Source: Clostridia bacterium | GTDB lineage: Bacteria; Bacillota; Clostridia; UMGS1883; UMGS1540 | NCBI GenBank assembly: GCA_045656005.1 | Contig: JAZOQG010000070.1 | Coordinates: forward strand, 8,065-72,064 | Direction: 5' to 3' | DNA length: 64,000 nucleotides | Shown: piece after piece, positions 52,149-60,645 of the stretch | How positions within the stretch are numbered: position 1 is the stretch's first letter | How the letters are laid out: each line of letters opens with the position of its first letter | Notes under the pieces: generated by a model | The model's input: the letters and a program-made list of their open reading frames with translations, nothing else | What the model was told of the DNA's origin: nothing | Databases searched by the model: none | Position numbers and translations under genes: made by a program

Positions 52149-53528
52149 ATGCCTGACAAAGCAGGAGCATTTTTAAAAGCATGTAATATTATAGTTGAAA
52201 TGGGCGGGGCTATAAAAAGGGTGAGCTATAACAAGGGCATTGATGCCCACACACTTTTCATAGACGTTTATTCAGATGAGGAAAAGATTGATGAAATTGC
52301 AAAAAAACTATATGAATCAGGATACTTAAATGCATCATCCGCTCCTAAAACCATGCTTTTGATGCTTAAAATGCGCGAAGAAACAAAAGAGCTTACAAAG
52401 CCTTTTGAAATTTTTGATAAATACAAGGTAAACATTTCGTACATCAGTGCAAGAGAAGGAAAAAGCGATGTTTTCGATTTAAAAGTGGGTGTACTTATTG
52501 AAAATGTTGGCGAAACAGTAAGTTTCTTAAATGAGCTTTCATCAGTGTGTGATATAAAGGTTTTAAAAAATGATGTTACTGAAAAAAATCTTGACAACAC
52601 GGTGTTTTATATAGGTTTTGCCCATGAAATGCGGAAAATACTGGAACTTTGTCAAAATGAAGCAAATGAAATTATTGTAAACTCAAATAAAATAATGCAA
52701 CGTCTTGAAGAAGATGGTGAAAACCCTTTAAAAACATTTGAGTGTATTAAAAAATTTGCTGAGTTTGTTTCTTTTCATAAAGGCAAAAATTTTGGTGCAA
52801 AGGTATATTCAAAAGATGTCGGGGATTTTAAACTTCATCTAATCGAACCGCCGTGCGGAGGTAACACCTGTATAATTGAAGGCGCAGGAGAAATTTTGTT
52901 TGTTGATTGCGGATTTGCATGCTTTGAAAATGAAATGCTTGAAATTTTTAAAGGACTTTTAAATAATTTTGAAAAAAGCAGAAAATATCTTTTTTTAACC
53001 CATTGCGACATGGACCATGCAGGACTTTGGCATTTATTTGAAAAAGTTTATGTAAGTCAAAAAACTTATGTAAATTTTATGCTTGAGGAAAAGGGTGAAA
53101 AAAATTATCGTCAAAGGTGCGAGCATCATGAGGCTTATGGAAATCTTACCAAAATTATAAGCGGTTACAAAACTCCCGACTTGGGAAAACTTATTGTAGT
53201 ATCGGAAGGAAACGGCGAAAATATTGAAAAATCAGGAACACTTGATTTTTGCGGAGAAAATTTTGAAATATATGAGGGTAACGGCGGTCATGTACCAGGC
53301 GAAAGCATGCTCGTATGGGAAAATGAAAAAATTGTATTTTCAGGTGACATTTATGTAAATGCGGCAGGTTACTCCGAAGAGCAGGCAAAATTTAATGAGT
53401 TTGCTCCCTATCTTACAAAGAGCGTTAATGTAGATTCAAAGAAAGCACTTGTGTGCAGAAATGAATTTATGAATATGTTTAAAGAATATCTTATCTGTCC
53501 CGGTCACGGAAAATGGTGTAATATCTAA
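52149..53528 (+). CDS. ACT-like N-terminal domain + MBL-fold metallo-hydrolase-like protein (non-canonical HxDxDH motif)
   Basis: THCDMDHAG, GNGGHVPGE, SGDIY and CPGHG motif positions typical of the metallo-beta-lactamase fold; start uncertain. Confidence 0.5.
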   Translation: MPDKAGAFLKACNIIVEMGGAIKRVSYNKGIDAHTLFIDVYSDEEKIDEIAKKLYESGYLNASSAPKTMLLMLKMREETKELTKPFEIFDKYKVNISYISAREGKSDVFDLKVGVLIENVGETVSFLNELSSVCDIKVLKNDVTEKNLDNTVFYIGFAHEMRKILELCQNEANEIIVNSNKIMQRLEEDGENPLKTFECIKKFAEFVSFHKGKNFGAKVYSKDVGDFKLHLIEPPCGGNTCIIEGAGEILFVDCGFACFENEMLEIFKGLLNNFEKSRKYLFLTHCDMDHAGLWHLFEKVYVSQKTYVNFMLEEKGEKNYRQRCEHHEAYGNLTKIISGYKTPDLGKLIVVSEGNGENIEKSGTLDFCGENFEIYEGNGGHVPGESMLVWENEKIVFSGDIYVNAAGYSEEQAKFNEFAPYLTKSVNVDSKKALVCRNEFMNMFKEYLICPGHGKWCNI

Positions 53529-53583
53529 GAATAATAAGAAATCGGCTATCATATAATGAAACAAAAAATCTTTGGAGAATTTT

Positions 53584-54378
53584 ATGAAAAAGCTGATTTT
53601 TATTTTTTGCATTGTTTTTTTATTATGCGGATGTCAGGAAAAAGGAGTTATGCCTCCTTTAAAAAACAATATGGAGGTTAGCACAAGTAATTTATCGGAT
53701 AAAAAGGAAGGCTGGGGCTTTAGGAAAATAAAAGGAGGACGTCCTGAATTTACAAAAGAGCAACAAAAGGCAATGGCAGACTTTGAGTGCATATATCTTG
53801 GAACAGAAGGAGAAAAAAGTTTATATCTCACGTTTGATGAAGGTTATGAAAACGGCTTTACCGAGCCAATACTTGAAATACTTAAAAAACATTCTGTTCC
53901 TGCCGCTTTTTTTATAACGGGAGATTATTTTGATAAATGCGGTGATTTAGTTGACAAAATGGTAAGCGAAGGGCATATTGTGGGAAATCACACCCAAAAC
54001 CATCCTTCTCTTCCTCAAAAAAGTGCAGATGAAATAGAGAAAGAGGTTTCAACTCTTAATAATAAATTTTTTAAAAAATATGGTTTTAACATGAAATATC
54101 TTCGTCCGCCAATGGGTGAATACAGCGAAAAATCACTTGCAGTTACAAAAAATTTGGGATATACGAACGTTTTCTGGAGCTTTGCGTATAAGGACTGGGA
54201 AACAAATAACCAAAAAGGCAAAGATTATGCTTTTGAGGAAGTTAAAAAATGTTTGCACGACGGTGCTGTAATACTTCTTCATGCGGTTTCAAAGGACAAT
54301 GCAGATGCCATGGAAGATATTATTCTCTATGCCCGCAAAATGGGTTTTGAGTTTAAATCGCTTGATGATTACAAATAA
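53584..54378 (+). CDS. Polysaccharide deacetylase (NodB-type) lipoprotein
   Basis: Lipobox LLCGC; TFDEGY...HT.NHP NodB motifs. Confidence 0.75.
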   Translation: MKKLIFIFCIVFLLCGCQEKGVMPPLKNNMEVSTSNLSDKKEGWGFRKIKGGRPEFTKEQQKAMADFECIYLGTEGEKSLYLTFDEGYENGFTEPILEILKKHSVPAAFFITGDYFDKCGDLVDKMVSEGHIVGNHTQNHPSLPQKSADEIEKEVSTLNNKFFKKYGFNMKYLRPPMGEYSEKSLAVTKNLGYTNVFWSFAYKDWETNNQKGKDYAFEEVKKCLHDGAVILLHAVSKDNADAMEDIILYARKMGFEFKSLDDYK

Positions 54379-54384
54379 AAACAA

Positions 54385-54413
54385 GCATATCACGCTCCAT
54401 CTCGGAAAGAATA
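54385..54413 (+). promoter_or_regulatory. Forespore sigma-F/G-type promoter candidate (GCATA-N14-GGAAAGAATA) upstream of spoIVB
   Basis: Matches GYATA-N15-GGnnAnAnTA; B. subtilis spoIVB is sigma-F/G dependent. Confidence 0.35.
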
Positions 54414-54434
54414 AAAGGGGAGGAGCGTGAGCCT

Positions 54435-55460
54435 ATGAAAAAAGTGTTCAAAGGCCTTGTTTCGATTTTGGCAGTTTTTTCTTTGTTTTTTGCTTCCCCT
54501 ACGGGCGGCGAAAAGAAAATATCCGCAGTCAGTCAGGCTGTTGTGGGCGGCTCTTCTATAGGGCTGAAGCTCTATCTTGACGGACTTCTGGTTGTTGGAA
54601 AAAGCGATATTATGTCGGGAGAAGGCAAGATTTGTCCCGGAAAAATTGCAGGCATTGATAAGGGTGACAGAATAACAAAAATCAACGGCAGGGAGATTGG
54701 CAATGTAAATGAATTTTGCAAAGAAATTCAAGGCAGTTGCGGAAGTGAGATAGCACTCGAAGTAATACGCGGCGACAAGGTGATGGAAAAAAATATCAGA
54801 CCTGTGTTTTACGACGATTTGGGAGAGTACAAATTAGGACTTTGGGTGCGTGACAGTGCGGCAGGTATTGGAACTTTAACTTACACTTTAAGCGACGGTA
54901 GCTTTGGGGCACTCGGTCACGGAATTTCTGATGTTGATACCAAAAAGCTCATAAAAGTTAAAGAAGGTGAAGTGTGGGGGAGCAGGATAGTTTCGGTTAT
55001 AAAGGGAGCGGCAGGCGCTCCGGGAGACCTCAAAGGAACAATTAACGGAACAGAAATGGGCGAAATTTACAAAAATACCAACAGCGGAATTTATGGCACA
55101 TTTACTGAGAGACCAAAAGGCGGAAAAGTTGTGGAAATAGGAATGGCAAAAGATGTCATGGTGGGAGCGGCAACTATATTTACCAATGTTTCAAAAGAGG
55201 ATGTAAAGGAATATAGTATAGAAATAGAAAAAATAAATCCCTTTGGCGGAAGTGATGGAAAAAATATGGTTGTAAAAATTACAGACCCTGAGCTTTTATC
55301 TCAGACGGGTGGAATAGTACAGGGAATGAGCGGTTCACCTATTCTTCAAAACGGTAAACTTATCGGAGCAGTAACTCATGTTTTTGTAAATGACCCCACA
55401 AGAGGATATGGAATATTCATTGAGAATATGCTCTCTGAAAATGAAAATTTTAAACATTAA
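54435..55460 (+). CDS. spoIVB: Stage IV sporulation protein B (SpoIVB S55 peptidase, PDZ + protease)
   Basis: GTLTYTLSDGSFGALGHGISD and GMSGSPILQNGKLIGAVTHVF motifs. Confidence 0.9.
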   Translation: MKKVFKGLVSILAVFSLFFASPTGGEKKISAVSQAVVGGSSIGLKLYLDGLLVVGKSDIMSGEGKICPGKIAGIDKGDRITKINGREIGNVNEFCKEIQGSCGSEIALEVIRGDKVMEKNIRPVFYDDLGEYKLGLWVRDSAAGIGTLTYTLSDGSFGALGHGISDVDTKKLIKVKEGEVWGSRIVSVIKGAAGAPGDLKGTINGTEMGEIYKNTNSGIYGTFTERPKGGKVVEIGMAKDVMVGAATIFTNVSKEDVKEYSIEIEKINPFGGSDGKNMVVKITDPELLSQTGGIVQGMSGSPILQNGKLIGAVTHVFVNDPTRGYGIFIENMLSENENFKH

Positions 55461-55483
55461 AAGGAGTTGCAACGCAACTCCTT
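55461..55483. terminator. Bidirectional hairpin terminator (aaggagttgc-aac-gcaactcctt)
   Basis: 10-bp perfect stem between convergent genes. Confidence 0.65.
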
Positions 55484-55487
55484 TTAA

Positions 55488-56048
55488 TCATTGTTTTCTT
55501 GATTTTATATTTATAAGTATTATCGCAAGAAGTGAAATAATAATTATAAAAAGTACAATAATAGCAATAAGCAGAACCTGATTTGTCAATGCTGCACGTG
55601 CAATCTGCCCATTATCCGTATCAGATGTGGTTTGTAAAATTCCGGCAGTTGGAGCAGGGGTGCTTTCGGGAGATTGCGTTTCCTTCGGTGCCACGGTTGG
55701 ACTTAATGTTGGCTGAGCAGTAGCAGGCGGTGCCGGCGGGGTAGTAGTTGTTTGTTTGAGTGCCACCCAGCCTTCATAACCATTATATGAGGTATAGCCC
55801 CAATTGCCTGATTCAGAAACTATGTGAAGTTTTACGCCGTCAGGAATTCTGCCTTCCATAACTTTGGCATAATCTACAGATGGACCATAGCGCATATTAA
55901 GTCCGCCATCCGGTGTTGCTACATACACATAATAGTCTGCAGATTTAACGTCAAAACTCATTGCATCTGCCATACAAGTTGCAGTGGCGCTAAAAATCAC
56001 CAATAGCACAAGTCCCAATACTAAAATTGTTTTTTTCATTTGTTGCAC
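55488..56048 (-). CDS. Secreted SH3b-domain protein with Pro/Thr-rich linker and C-terminal membrane anchor
   Basis: Signal peptide; SH3_3-like YYVYVATPDGGLNMRYGP...GWVAL; TTTPPAPPATAQPT linker; C-terminal hydrophobic segment. Confidence 0.55.
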   Translation of the reverse strand: MQQMKKTILVLGLVLLVIFSATATCMADAMSFDVKSADYYVYVATPDGGLNMRYGPSVDYAKVMEGRIPDGVKLHIVSESGNWGYTSYNGYEGWVALKQTTTTPPAPPATAQPTLSPTVAPKETQSPESTPAPTAGILQTTSDTDNGQIARAALTNQVLLIAIIVLFIIIISLLAIILINIKSRKQ

Positions 56049-56053
56049 TTCCT

Positions 56054-56398
56054 TTATAAAAATATATTTGTAATCTCACCTGCTGTGTAAGAAATAAAAT
56101 TCAGCAAAAGTGAAATTAAGTACGGATTTTTTGTTTCAAAGGTTTTAAAGCGGGAAAACATGAAACCTTCAATAAAAACCACAAAAAATTCTATTAAAAA
56201 TATTCCCGTATTTTGAAATTCTGGTAAAAACAGTGCCAAAGCCAGACCGCACATAACTGCTGCCGGATTTGTTATAAAATTAATAAGTGCAGACGTAATA
56301 AGTTTGCATTTCGTTTTTGCACCCATTAAAAAACAAATTGGAAGCTCGGTTATGAAAACTATGGCAAGGTTTAGTAGAAGAATGTTTATAATCCACAT
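56054..56398 (-). CDS. Small polytopic membrane protein (about 4 TMs)
   Basis: 114 aa hydrophobic; TAATG-overlap coupling with the upstream gene. Confidence 0.45.
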   Translation of the reverse strand: MWIINILLLNLAIVFITELPICFLMGAKTKCKLITSALINFITNPAAVMCGLALALFLPEFQNTGIFLIEFFVVFIEGFMFSRFKTFETKNPYLISLLLNFISYTAGEITNIFL

Positions 56399-57444
56399 TA
56401 TCGCTCACCTTTCTTTGGCATTTCTGCAAAAGCACAGCCGAGGATAAAGAGAATTAGCGACAGCAGGACAGAGCACAAAAGAGTCGGAACACTAAAAAGT
56501 TTTCCTGCACCAAAAACTACAGGTATAAAGCCAAGTGCAAGAGCAAATGTGGTTAAGCCGAAAGCAAAGCCATATTTTCTATTACAAACTCTTGCAATAG
56601 CTGTAAGTGTCAGTGGCATGGTCATATTAAAAAATAACACTGCGAAAATTCCGGCGAGGGGTATGGAAAAAGAAAAATAAAACAATAAAAATGATAATAA
56701 CAAAGATAGTGTCGCGGTTTTTATGTACCCTAATCTATCGCAGACAAAGCCACCTATGGCTTTTCCAAAGGCAACTGCCAATATAAATAAAGCCGACAGA
56801 AGGGGAACAGTTTTCCATGTGAAATTCATTATCATACCCAGGAATGAACGGATAACTATTGTAAGCATAAAGCAAAAAACAGCTGAAAAAATTAATATAT
56901 TTGGTTTCTCGTAGCGAATTTTAAATTCATCTTTCTGAGGTGTGAAAAAAGTTCGCGTTAAAAAAAGAAAAATGCAGGCAAAAAACATTATAATCGGGCA
57001 TAAAAAGGACATCAAGGTTCCTTTGGCATTGTAGGCAAGATATACCCCGATTGCACCGCTGCTTACAAAAAGCCCCGAAAGACCTGCATGGGGCATACTC
57101 ATTTGAAGAATGTCCGAGCCTGCGCCAACATGAAATATGGCATTTCCCAAAGCGGTGATAATTAAAGAAGTCAACCTGAAAAACGGTGACAGTAAATATG
57201 AAATACATATAAGGGCACAGCTTAAGGCAGTAAGTAAACGATTTTTATTTATTGCATCAGATAATATTCCTATGGGAAGCTGCCCTGCAAATGCAACTAA
57301 ATTATATATAATAATAACATTGCCACGGTTTGCTATTGTACATCTTGGACCCAATATGACTTTGCTTGCAAGAAAAATGGTTGAAAAATCAACCAGCAAA
57401 TGTAATATTGTATATATTGCCGCAGTTTTATTCCTGTAGTTCAT
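56398..57444 (-). CDS. Polytopic membrane protein, MFS-like (G-x-x-x-D-R-L-G motif)
   Basis: 348 aa, about 10 TMs, GKAIGGFVCDRLGYIK resembling MFS motif A. Confidence 0.45.
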   Translation of the reverse strand: MNYRNKTAAIYTILHLLVDFSTIFLASKVILGPRCTIANRGNVIIIYNLVAFAGQLPIGILSDAINKNRLLTALSCALICISYLLSPFFRLTSLIITALGNAIFHVGAGSDILQMSMPHAGLSGLFVSSGAIGVYLAYNAKGTLMSFLCPIIMFFACIFLFLTRTFFTPQKDEFKIRYEKPNILIFSAVFCFMLTIVIRSFLGMIMNFTWKTVPLLSALFILAVAFGKAIGGFVCDRLGYIKTATLSLLLSFLLFYFSFSIPLAGIFAVLFFNMTMPLTLTAIARVCNRKYGFAFGLTTFALALGFIPVVFGAGKLFSVPTLLCSVLLSLILFILGCAFAEMPKKGER

Positions 57445-57681
57445 TTTAAATTCCTCTTTTGTGTTTTTATTTATGTCTTGTTTTGGTATATACAGAGGTT
57501 TAAAAACAATAATTTATAAATTATACTAATTATATAACACCTTTAAACATTTGTCCAGTTTATATTTAAACAAATTTATTTCAATTTTGCAAAATATATC
57601 ATATAAAATTATTTAAATGGGTGAATATTCGGTTTTTTTTGCATAAAATTATAAATTTTTTAATTTTTTTTACGAAAAGGC

Positions 57682-57710
57682 TTGCAATTAATTGGAAAAT
57701 ATTGTAAAAT
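57682..57710 (+). promoter_or_regulatory. Sigma-A-type promoter candidate (TTGCAA-17-TAAAAT) upstream of spo0A
   Basis: Read directly; RBS TAGGAGGTTAGG follows. Confidence 0.4.
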
Positions 57711-57744
57711 GATAATGCAATAATAATTTTTAGGAGGTTAGGTA

Positions 57745-58542
57745 ATGGAAAACCAGATTAAAGTGTTAATTGCAGAAGACAACGCCGAATATGCGGAAAC
57801 ATTAAAAAGAACATTTGAGAAAAATAATATTAAGGTTTTAGGTATTGCTGAAAACGGAATGGAGGCACTGCGTAAAATTGAAATGTACAAGCCTGACTTG
57901 GTAACCCTTGATATTGTAATGCCTGTGATGGATGGCATCATGGTGCTTGAAAAACTTCGTGACAAAGACGAAAGCGAAAGACCTCAGATAATGGTACTGA
58001 CACAAAATTCAAGTGAAAAAGTTATGAGCATGTGCATGAAACTGGGTGCTGATTACTACATGCTTAAAACATGTGAAATCGATGCAATAGCTGACAGGGT
58101 AAAAAGTATTTGTGAAACAGAAGATGCTAATGTGTCTGACACAATGTCTCAAATGGACAAGTCTCTCATTTCTCAAAAGGAACAGCGGAAAAAAATTGAA
58201 GTTTTTGTAACCAATATGATTCATATGGTTGGAATTCCCGCAAATATTAAAGGGTATCAGTACATAAGGGATGCTATTATTTTCACAATTTATGAGCAGG
58301 AGCTTATAAGTGCTGTAACAAAACAGCTTTATCCTAAAATTGCGAAAAAGCATAGTACAAGTCCTTCGAGAGTGGAAAGAGCCATTCGTCATGCAATTGA
58401 GGTTGCGTGTGTCCGAGGTAATGAGGAAACTCTTTATAAGTTATTTGGTTACACGGTGAGTAATTCAAAGGGTAAGCCCACAAATTCTGAATTTATTGCA
58501 ATGATTGCTGATAAGTTAAGGCTTGAGATGGACGTTATTTAA
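57745..58542 (+). CDS. spo0A: Stage 0 sporulation protein A (response regulator)
   Basis: REC domain + Spo0A_C ([13 protein letters not shown]...[16 protein letters not shown]). Confidence 0.95.
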   Translation: MENQIKVLIAEDNAEYAETLKRTFEKNNIKVLGIAENGMEALRKIEMYKPDLVTLDIVMPVMDGIMVLEKLRDKDESERPQIMVLTQNSSEKVMSMCMKLGADYYMLKTCEIDAIADRVKSICETEDANVSDTMSQMDKSLISQKEQRKKIEVFVTNMIHMVGIPANIKGYQYIRDAIIFTIYEQELISAVTKQLYPKIAKKHSTSPSRVERAIRHAIEVACVRGNEETLYKLFGYTVSNSKGKPTNSEFIAMIADKLRLEMDVI

Positions 58543-58546
58543 TATT

Positions 58547-58575
58547 CGGGGATGCAAAAAAGCATCCCTGTTTTC
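58547..58575 (+). terminator. spo0A terminator (ggggatgc-aaaaaa-gcatccc + T-rich tail)
   Basis: Read directly. Confidence 0.65.
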
Positions 58576-58811
58576 CTATCTCATCAAATTTTATTTTGCA
58601 TATTATGTATCATAGGAGGTGATTTTCTGAAAAACAGACGTTGCTACTATGATTATCTGCAGGAAGTTGAAAACTATCTTGCTTTTCGCCAACATGTTAA
58701 TTGTTGTAGGAGAAAGGTAAAAAACACAAATGACATTTTGTGCGCAATTCAGACTCTCATAAGCTGTTGTCCTCAAAAAATATGTCGCAGCAAAAAAAGA
58801 TAGTATGCCTG

Positions 58812-58850
58812 AGGGGTGTAGAAAACAAAAGTTTTTTTACACCTCTTTTT
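58812..58850. terminator. Bidirectional hairpin (gaggggtgta...tacacctct + T-run)
   Basis: Read directly. Confidence 0.55.
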
Positions 58851-59112
58851 CGTACCTATAATCTTCTTCAATATCTTCGAGGTTTTGGGGTGTCACTCCG
58901 TGATTTAAGAAAAAATCAAAAAGCAGACGTGCTACAGCAAAATTTTTGCCTGCATTCATAAAAGAAATATCTGTATCCGTTTCAGATAGTATAGCATAAC
59001 TGCTTTGTGTCGATGTGCTTTGAGGATACTTTTTCAAAAGGGTAAGTTTTATATCTTTTTGTTTGCCCTCTTCTCCTGTGATGCGTTTTTCTTTTGTTGT
59101 TAATTTTTTCAT
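58837..59112 (-). CDS. Hypothetical protein (91 aa)
   Basis: ATG with AAGGTGG RBS; no recognisable domain. Confidence 0.45.
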   Translation of the reverse strand: MKKLTTKEKRITGEEGKQKDIKLTLLKKYPQSTSTQSSYAILSETDTDISFMNAGKNFAVARLLFDFFLNHGVTPQNLEDIEEDYRYEKEV

Positions 59113-59204
59113 TTCAAATACCACCTTTAAATATTTTAAAAAAGTCAAGTAGCTTGTAGTATAGACCTAAATCCTTGCAAAATCAAGGACAAAATATCGC
59201 ATAT

Positions 59205-59266
59205 TTCGACATTGGGAAAATATGGGAATTAATTTTGCGCGAGCTATACGGTCGAACTTTGTCGAA
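59205..59266. promoter_or_regulatory. Cluster of Spo0A-box-like sequences: TTCGACA (59205), GGTCGAA (59250), TGTCGAA (59260), plus an inverted repeat tccttg-N6-caagga (59194-59211)
   Basis: Matches the TGTCGAA 0A-box consensus in both orientations. Confidence 0.4.
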
Positions 59267-59346
59267 ATTTAGGAAGATGTGCCCGAAAAAAGTTTTTGAG
59301 GAATATATTACATTTGAATTTCAAGTATATTTTTTGATATAATCAA

Positions 59347-59613
59347 ATGGGTGATCATATGATTAGAAAAATAGTTTTGCAAATACAAAAAATATGTACT
59401 GCAGCTAAAATTTCAGTACTTTTAGGCAGTATTTTGGCAAGTGTTTTATTTATTGTGGCAATTTTAATGTGTGTTTCCACCACCGGTGGGCTGGGTTTTA
59501 AATATTTATATGAACAAATTGCTTTTATGGCATCAAAGATTTTTGCAATGGGGATTTTTTTGGGGCTTTCAGGCGATTTTTTGATGGCAACAGTTGACAG
59601 AAAAAGAAAATAA
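59347..59613 (+). CDS. Small membrane protein (2 TMs), possibly translated from a leaderless or near-leaderless mRNA
   Basis: TGATATAAT extended -10 element ends 5 nt before the first ATG. Confidence 0.4.
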   Translation: MGDHMIRKIVLQIQKICTAAKISVLLGSILASVLFIVAILMCVSTTGGLGFKYLYEQIAFMASKIFAMGIFLGLSGDFLMATVDRKRK

Positions 59614-59663
59614 GGTTATAATTATCAGTAAAAAGAAAATAATATATTAGAGAGGTATTTAAC

Positions 59664-60632
59664 ATGGCAGAACTTAGATTTAATCCCCTTACAAATGATT
59701 GGGTAATGATAGCATCACACAGACAGGGAAGACCGCAAATGCCTAAAGACTGGTGCCCCTTCTGCCCTGGTTCAGGAAAAGTGCCCGATGATTTTGAGGT
59801 TTTGGAATATGATAACGATTTTCCGGCGCTTTCACAAAATCCGCCCGCTCCCGATGATGTTGCAACCGAGCTTTATAAGGTTTTGCCATCACATGGTAAA
59901 TGTGAGGTTATTCTCTATTCAAAGGAACACACAGTAACTCTTCCCGAGCTTTCTGTTGCTCATGTTGAAAAGCTTGTAAATCTCTGGTGCGAGAGATTTG
60001 AAAAAATGCGTGAGGATGAAAAAATAAAATATGTATTTATTTTTGAAAACAGAGGAGAGGTTGTAGGCGTTACAATGCCACATCCTCATGGGCAGATTTA
60101 TGGATATCCCTTTATCCCCAAAAAGCTCGAGCTTGAGGTGGAGTCTTTTAAGGCACATAAGGAAAAAACGGGCAACTGTCTTTTCTGCGACGTGCTTCGT
60201 GATGAATATAAATCGGGTGCAAGAATTATAAATGAAAATGAGGATTTTGTTACATTTTTGCCATTTTTCTCGGAATATCCATACGGACTTTATATCGCGG
60301 CAAAAAGTCACAAGCAGTATATAACTGATTTTAATGAAAGAGAGAAACGCAATCTTGCTGAGAGCATAAGAAATGCGGCAGGTACACTTGACAGTCTTTT
60401 CGATTATGCATTTCCTTATATGATGTGCATGCATCAGGCTCCTGTAAACAGCGGTGATATGTCAGGATATCACTTCCATATTGAGTTTTTCCCTCCAATG
60501 CGTTCAAAAGACAAGCAGAAATTCAACGCATCAAGCGAAACGGGTGCATGGGCACACTGCAATCCTACATGCCCTGAGGAAAAAGCAGAAGAACTTCGTG
60601 AGGCATACAAGAAATTTACCGAAAACAAGTAA
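59664..60632 (+). CDS. galT: Galactose-1-phosphate uridylyltransferase (HIT-family, class I)
   Basis: CPFCPG zinc motif, HPHGQIYG active-site motif. Confidence 0.85.
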   Translation: MAELRFNPLTNDWVMIASHRQGRPQMPKDWCPFCPGSGKVPDDFEVLEYDNDFPALSQNPPAPDDVATELYKVLPSHGKCEVILYSKEHTVTLPELSVAHVEKLVNLWCERFEKMREDEKIKYVFIFENRGEVVGVTMPHPHGQIYGYPFIPKKLELEVESFKAHKEKTGNCLFCDVLRDEYKSGARIINENEDFVTFLPFFSEYPYGLYIAAKSHKQYITDFNEREKRNLAESIRNAAGTLDSLFDYAFPYMMCMHQAPVNSGDMSGYHFHIEFFPPMRSKDKQKFNASSETGAWAHCNPTCPEEKAEELREAYKKFTENK

Positions 60633-60645
60633 TCGGAGGAAAGAC

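Noticed and set aside
57600-57630. Sigma-H promoter (GGTGAAT as -10) upstream of spo0A
   Set aside because: No acceptable AGGAWWT-like -35 element at the required 11-13 bp spacing; only the sigma-A-like promoter was retained.
58552-58803. 83-aa Cys-rich ORF downstream of spo0A
   Set aside because: Its start codon lies inside the spo0A terminator hairpin, and there is no RBS-coupled start after the AGGAGGTGA motif; kept only as a possible non-coding or decayed region.
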